This document shows, one piece after another, positions 59,753 to 64,000 of a stretch of 64,000 nt of DNA (positions are counted from its first letter, which is position 1; every line of letters begins with the position of its first letter). The notes beneath the pieces were generated by a model that was not told the origin of the DNA, did no database searches, and was given only the letters and a program-made list of their open reading frames with translations. Location: the NCBI GenBank assembly GCA_026390935.1, contig JAPLEZ010000153.1, positions 4,052 to 68,051 of the forward strand. The letters are read 5' to 3'. This stretch comes from Bacteroidota bacterium (GTDB lineage Bacteria; Bacteroidota; Bacteroidia; Flavobacteriales_C; GCA-002722245). A program made the translations under genes and the position numbers.

Positions 59753-60418
59753 TTAATAAACAAACAACAGCAAAGTTTCTGTAATTACACCCAGTATAAA
59801 TCCTGCCAGCACCTCAAAGGGTTGATGGGCATTGAGTCGCAATCGGGCAAATCCAACCAGTCCGGCAATCAATAACGTACCATACAACATCAAGTCCCAC
59901 GAAAAATGGAAGAGGTGCATCATTAATATTTCAGTGCCAACAATTCCTCCGATCCCTATCATGTGAATGCTTATTTTCCAGAAAACAGAAATTACCAAGG
60001 CTAGTAATATCGCTAGTTGTGCTCCTGCGAGCACAATGAGTATGAGTTGATTGGGGTGATCTACAACATTTTGCAATACCACTGACGCCAACAAGTAGCA
60101 ACCGCCTGTTAAAGCAAAGGGAAGCAAGCGCTCCCGGTTACTGTTCATTTCCAACGATTTAATTTCACCCATTCGTTTTAAGATGAGGGCGCTAAGTCCT
60201 GGAAGGATCATGGTGAATAGAATAACTATTAAAAAAATCATTCTGTTGTCGGCCATAGCTTCCGGCACAGCATACAAATTAAAACCCGTGAGCTGGTTGC
60301 TGAAAAAAAGTAGTAGCAGTCCGTAAGTCGGCATGAACAAAGGATGGAAGAGGTACGAAAGAATTTTCGCGAAAGTAATTTCGCGGGATGCTGCTGCAAT
60401 AATTTCCTGCTCTTCCAT
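59753..60418 (-). CDS. Integral membrane protein, possibly PAP2-family lipid phosphatase
   Basis: KISIHMIG (PSGH-like) and ARLRLNAHQPFEVLAGFILG (SRxxxxxHxxxD-like) motifs; 5-6 TM. Confidence 0.35.
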   Translation of the reverse strand: MEEQEIIAAASREITFAKILSYLFHPLFMPTYGLLLLFFSNQLTGFNLYAVPEAMADNRMIFLIVILFTMILPGLSALILKRMGEIKSLEMNSNRERLLPFALTGGCYLLASVVLQNVVDHPNQLILIVLAGAQLAILLALVISVFWKISIHMIGIGGIVGTEILMMHLFHFSWDLMLYGTLLIAGLVGFARLRLNAHQPFEVLAGFILGVITETLLLFVY

Positions 60419-61872
60419 TAAATTTCTTTTCTTAATCTTCCCACAGGAATGTTGAGTTGTTCGCGGTATTTTGCAACGGTGCGGCGTGCGATGTTGTATC
60501 CTTTTGTTTTTAATACTTTCATGAGTTCATCGTCGGTGTATGGACTTTTTTTGTCTTCCGCCGTAACGCATTCTTCCAGTATTTTTTTGATCTCTTTGGT
60601 GGAAACTTCTTCACCGCTGTCGTTTTGCAGAGATTCCGAGAAAAAGGATTTAATCAGTAAAGTACCAAAAGGAGTTTGAATGTATTTGCTGTTGGCAACG
60701 CGTGAAACAGTAGAAATATCAATGCCTACTTTTTCAGCGATGTCTTTTAAAATCATTGGTTTCAGCTTGGTTTCGTCGCCCGTTAAAAAATATTCGTGTT
60801 GATATTCAATGATGGCGCGCATGGTAAAAAGCAAAGTGTTTTGTCGCTGTTTAATAGCATCTATGAACCATTTGGCCGAATCCAGTTTTTGCTTCACAAA
60901 CATTACAGCTTCTTTTTGTTCTCTGTCGGCACCTGTTTTATTGCTACTGTATGCCTTCAACATTTCCGAAAACATTTTGCTGATTTTCAGTTCAGGTGCG
61001 TTGCGCGCATTGAGCTGAAGATCCAATTCACCATCGTTATTAATTAAAACGAAATCGGGAACTACTGCTTGTGCTGTTCTGCTGGAATCGCCCGCTGAAT
61101 TGCCTGGTTTCGGATTCAGCTTTAAAATTTCTGCTACAGCGCCTTTCAGACTGTCTTCAGTGATTTCTAGTTTTTTCAGGATTTTATCAAAATGCCTTTT
61201 TGAAAATTCGTCAAAGTATTTATCTAAAAGCATTTCAGCCAAAACGATACTCGGTGTGGCTCTTTTTTTTCTTTTGATTTGTAGCAGCAAACACTCCTGT
61301 AAGTTGCGTGCGCCAATGCCTGGAGGATCCAGACTTTGGAGAATGACCAGCAATTCTTCCAATTCTTTTTCAGTGGTGGTAATGGATTGGTAAAAGGCCA
61401 TGTCGTCTACTATCGACGCCAAATCCCTGCTGAGGTATCCCGATTCATCGAGGTTTCCAACCAAATATTCGGCCACTAAATATTTATGATCATCAATGTT
61501 TTGCAATCCCAGCTGCGTGAGCAACATCTCCTGGAAGGATTGTCCCATGGATAAAGGGATTTCTCGTTCCTCATCGTCTTTGCTATGGTTGTTGGCTTCG
61601 TATTTATAGGAAGGTTCGTCGTCGTCGGAAATGTATTCAGAAAGATCGAAGTCGTCTCTGCTTTCTCCCTCTGGATCAAGGTCATCGGCATTGCTTTCTT
61701 CTTTTTCGTTATCGTCGCTGTCGGATAAATCTTCAAGAGCGGGGTTGCTTTCTATTTCTTCTTTGATTCGTTGTTCCAGCGCTATGGTTGGCAATTGCAG
61801 TAGCTTCATCAGCTGAATCTGCTGAGGAGACAATTTCTGTAAAAGCTTTTGATTCAGACTTTGCTTTAACAT
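60418..61872 (-). CDS. rpoN: RNA polymerase sigma-54 factor
   Basis: C-terminal RpoN box ARRTVAKYREQLNIP, acidic region II, HTH region. Confidence 0.9.
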   Translation of the reverse strand: MLKQSLNQKLLQKLSPQQIQLMKLLQLPTIALEQRIKEEIESNPALEDLSDSDDNEKEESNADDLDPEGESRDDFDLSEYISDDDEPSYKYEANNHSKDDEEREIPLSMGQSFQEMLLTQLGLQNIDDHKYLVAEYLVGNLDESGYLSRDLASIVDDMAFYQSITTTEKELEELLVILQSLDPPGIGARNLQECLLLQIKRKKRATPSIVLAEMLLDKYFDEFSKRHFDKILKKLEITEDSLKGAVAEILKLNPKPGNSAGDSSRTAQAVVPDFVLINNDGELDLQLNARNAPELKISKMFSEMLKAYSSNKTGADREQKEAVMFVKQKLDSAKWFIDAIKQRQNTLLFTMRAIIEYQHEYFLTGDETKLKPMILKDIAEKVGIDISTVSRVANSKYIQTPFGTLLIKSFFSESLQNDSGEEVSTKEIKKILEECVTAEDKKSPYTDDELMKVLKTKGYNIARRTVAKYREQLNIPVGRLRKEI

Positions 61873-61976
61873 TCTTTTTTCCTTTGAAAGGTTAAATTAT
61901 AAATGCTTTACGAGAGCAGCAATTATTTTGTGTCAATTTTTGGGCCATTTATTTAAAAGGCCCGTTAATCAAGGAT

Positions 61977-63527
61977 CTATGCATTTTTCTTTTCTACCCA
62001 AAATAGGGAGAAGAAGAATACAAAGAAAGAAACACCGGCCTGGGTTTCCAAGGTGTCTTCGGAAAACATAGACAATACGATGATGATCATGAAAATTTTT
62101 GCGAGAAAAGAATATTCCAAGTGGCGAGTATACCTGTAAAGGCTGATCAGCATAATTGTAAAAAATAAAAAGCCGACCAATCCAAAGCTGATCCAGAAGG
62201 TAAGAAATTGGTTGTGTGTGTGACGGCGCAACTCGCCTTTGAGTGTGGCTTTATCTTGGTCGTATTGAGCGTTGAATGCAGCTTGCACATCGCCGCTACC
62301 AACACCGAATAAATAATTTTCTTGAAGTATTTCTACACCAGTTTTCCAATAAATAAAGCGCTGAGTTAACGAGTTGTGATCCACTTCTGCACCCGAATAA
62401 TACATGTCGATTTCCCACAGCAATTCGCGAATTCTTTTTCTTACCGGATTGGTTTTAACGTTGGTGGCGTTGGCTTCCCCGTTTTCAATATTGGCAATAT
62501 CGTCAGGGGAGAGTTGTTGTATACCTTGCGCGTCTTTTTTGAGTCCGAGAGAACTTAAATATCGGATCAAAGTTCCAGATACCGGTTGTCCTTTTTTATC
62601 CAATGAGTAATATGGAAATGCACTGTGACTATCCCAGTTTTGCTGAAGTTCTGTAATTGAAATATTTCTGGAGATGTAGTAGCCGTTTTCTTTGAATGTA
62701 TTTGTTAAGTCATGAGAGTAGGGGTTACCAAGTGCTGTTTTTGTGGCGATTTCCTGATTTTCTTTAGGCACAAAAATATCGTTGATTTCATAATACAAAT
62801 AGCTTCCGATGGTGCAAACAATTAAAAGTGTTGCCAGCGCAATTGTTTTCAAATTCTTTTTGATTTCCCACTCTATAAGCATCATGGCCAAAGGGAAAGC
62901 AAGTGCTCCAAGGGTAATGAGTCCTGTGATGGCTTGTAGTAAAACCATGCAATATAATAGTGGCAAACATGGAAGCAGGCAGAGCCATCCTGAAATCAAT
63001 TTTTCCTTCCATGCAAAACAAAGTACAGCAATGGTAAAGCAGATCATTAAGGAGAAGCGGATGTGCGACGTGAAGGTTGAAAGCTGACGATGATCCAATA
63101 TTTTTTCAATCCATCCGGCTTCGGAAGCGAAGTGTTTTCCTATCACAATCAAAGCTCCGGCAAGCACTGCGGCACAAAAGAATCCGATGGTCCATAAAAA
63201 TTCTTTTTTGCTTGGTTTGGCAGTGGAGGCCACAACAAATGAAACCAAAAATAAAGGAATTTTTATGTTGATGTCGTGAAAGGCATACTTGTAGTCATCG
63301 GTGTTGAAGAGGAAAACAAAATGCAGAATCATCAATCCCGGAAACCACCACAGTATGCGGTTTTCCTTGAAGTGATTTATTTTCTCTTTGTAGTTGAAAT
63401 TTAGCAACCAACTCACTCCGAGGGCAACTTGTGAAATGGTTAAAAAAGTTTTCGACAGCGGTAAAGACGCGGCAAATAAGCACAATCCGAAGACATATAG
63501 AAATCTGCTGATCTTTGTCAAGGTCAT
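61977..63527 (-). CDS. O-antigen ligase (WaaL/Wzy_C)-family polytopic membrane protein
   Basis: Multi-TM with RRHTHNQFLTFWISFGLVG (conserved His of O-antigen ligase domain) and large loop. Confidence 0.55.
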   Translation of the reverse strand: MTLTKISRFLYVFGLCLFAASLPLSKTFLTISQVALGVSWLLNFNYKEKINHFKENRILWWFPGLMILHFVFLFNTDDYKYAFHDINIKIPLFLVSFVVASTAKPSKKEFLWTIGFFCAAVLAGALIVIGKHFASEAGWIEKILDHRQLSTFTSHIRFSLMICFTIAVLCFAWKEKLISGWLCLLPCLPLLYCMVLLQAITGLITLGALAFPLAMMLIEWEIKKNLKTIALATLLIVCTIGSYLYYEINDIFVPKENQEIATKTALGNPYSHDLTNTFKENGYYISRNISITELQQNWDSHSAFPYYSLDKKGQPVSGTLIRYLSSLGLKKDAQGIQQLSPDDIANIENGEANATNVKTNPVRKRIRELLWEIDMYYSGAEVDHNSLTQRFIYWKTGVEILQENYLFGVGSGDVQAAFNAQYDQDKATLKGELRRHTHNQFLTFWISFGLVGFLFFTIMLISLYRYTRHLEYSFLAKIFMIIIVLSMFSEDTLETQAGVSFFVFFFSLFWVEKKNA

Positions 63528-63530
63528 CTT

Positions 63531-63977
63531 TTACTTAACAGGTTGTAAAACTGCTTTGTATTTTTCCTGTGATAGCAATACTTCCATCGCTTTATCAATG
63601 TACCTGTCGTTGTATAGAGAAGCTTCTATTCGTCCGGTTTGATAATAATATCTGCTCACTATTTCTTCTTTAAGCATTTGGGAAATAATGTTTTTATACA
63701 AGGAAAGGTCTTTCTTTTTTTGTGCCGCCAGTTTTTGTTGAAGCGCATCGTATTCAGGCTGCAGCAATTTATAAAACTCTTCTTTTTCGGAAGTCTTTTT
63801 GAAACTGTTCAGCACTTTTTCACTTTCACTGGTATAGCTGTAGTCCTTGTCTTTAATGAATTCTAGGAAGTCATTGTAGGTAGCATCTGTCAACTGAAAT
63901 ATTTTTGCTGGCGCGATAGAGTCGTGTTTCAATCGGTATTGCGTAACGAAGTCGAAGATGAGATCTTTAGAAATCAA
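63531..63977 (-). CDS. Hypothetical protein (may extend beyond window end)
   Basis: Track ORF only; no motif recognised. Confidence 0.2.
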   Translation of the reverse strand: MISKDLIFDFVTQYRLKHDSIAPAKIFQLTDATYNDFLEFIKDKDYSYTSESEKVLNSFKKTSEKEEFYKLLQPEYDALQQKLAAQKKKDLSLYKNIISQMLKEEIVSRYYYQTGRIEASLYNDRYIDKAMEVLLSQEKYKAVLQPVK

Positions 63978-64000
63978 AGAAGCTACGATAGGATTGCTTT

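Noticed and set aside
117-63866. Numerous 60-150-aa ORFs antisense to or nested within long genes (e.g. 2678-2920, 10527-10985, 11684-12061, 14579-15175, 25208-25594, 30257-30601, 36091-36441, 53090-53404)
   Set aside because: All lie fully inside well-supported longer ORFs on the other strand or frame and have low-complexity or hydrophobic junk translations; no independent support

Overview
The window looks like Bacteroidetes chromosomal DNA; the ORF track uses TTG/GTG starts and Bacteroidetes-type TTG...TAnnTTTG promoter motifs are present. It has three parts. (1) About 1-26.9 kb is a surface-polysaccharide (O-antigen/capsule-type) locus. It includes a near-complete pseudaminic-acid pathway: PseC-like DegT aminotransferase, cytidylyltransferase fused to an aldo/keto reductase, PseG, PseI, PseH. 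It also has Wzx/Wzy-like membrane proteins, GT2/GT4 glycosyltransferases, several SAM methyltransferases, WbqC, a PIG-L deacetylase, a Gmd-family dehydratase, and three asparagine-synthetase-family amidotransferases. (2) About 26.9-42 kb is the stand-out region, a large lasso-peptide (RiPP) gene cluster. It has four short precursor genes that are absent from the ORF track; their leader is near-identical in three (...KKVWVKPELKVEEV...) and more divergent in the fourth (...KKVWIKPELEIEDV...). Their predicted 14-15 aa cores carry a Glu at position 8/9 and a conserved C-terminal Y/Q-R-T/S. The cluster also encodes a split leader peptidase (B2 at 26.9 kb, PqqD-like RRE B1 at 35.3 kb), an Asn-synthetase-like cyclase without the N-terminal Cys, an ABC exporter, and an unusually rich set of tailoring enzymes. 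These are an HPr-kinase-like Ser/Thr kinase, a PF14907-like nucleotidyltransferase, two sulfotransferases, a CheR-like methyltransferase, a PRMT-like methyltransferase, an AspH/LpxO-like oxygenase, a JmjC/cupin-4 oxygenase and an agmatine/peptidyl-arginine deiminase-family enzyme. There is a local tandem duplication of a precursor gene plus a sulfotransferase 3' fragment. (3) About 42-64 kb is housekeeping. It contains an ECF sigma/anti-sigma pair, an orphan HigA-like antitoxin, asnS, a TetR-TolC-MFP-RND efflux operon, dxs, rpoN and an O-antigen-ligase-family protein. No rRNA, tRNA or CRISPR array was found. All functional calls rest on motif recognition by eye, without database searches.
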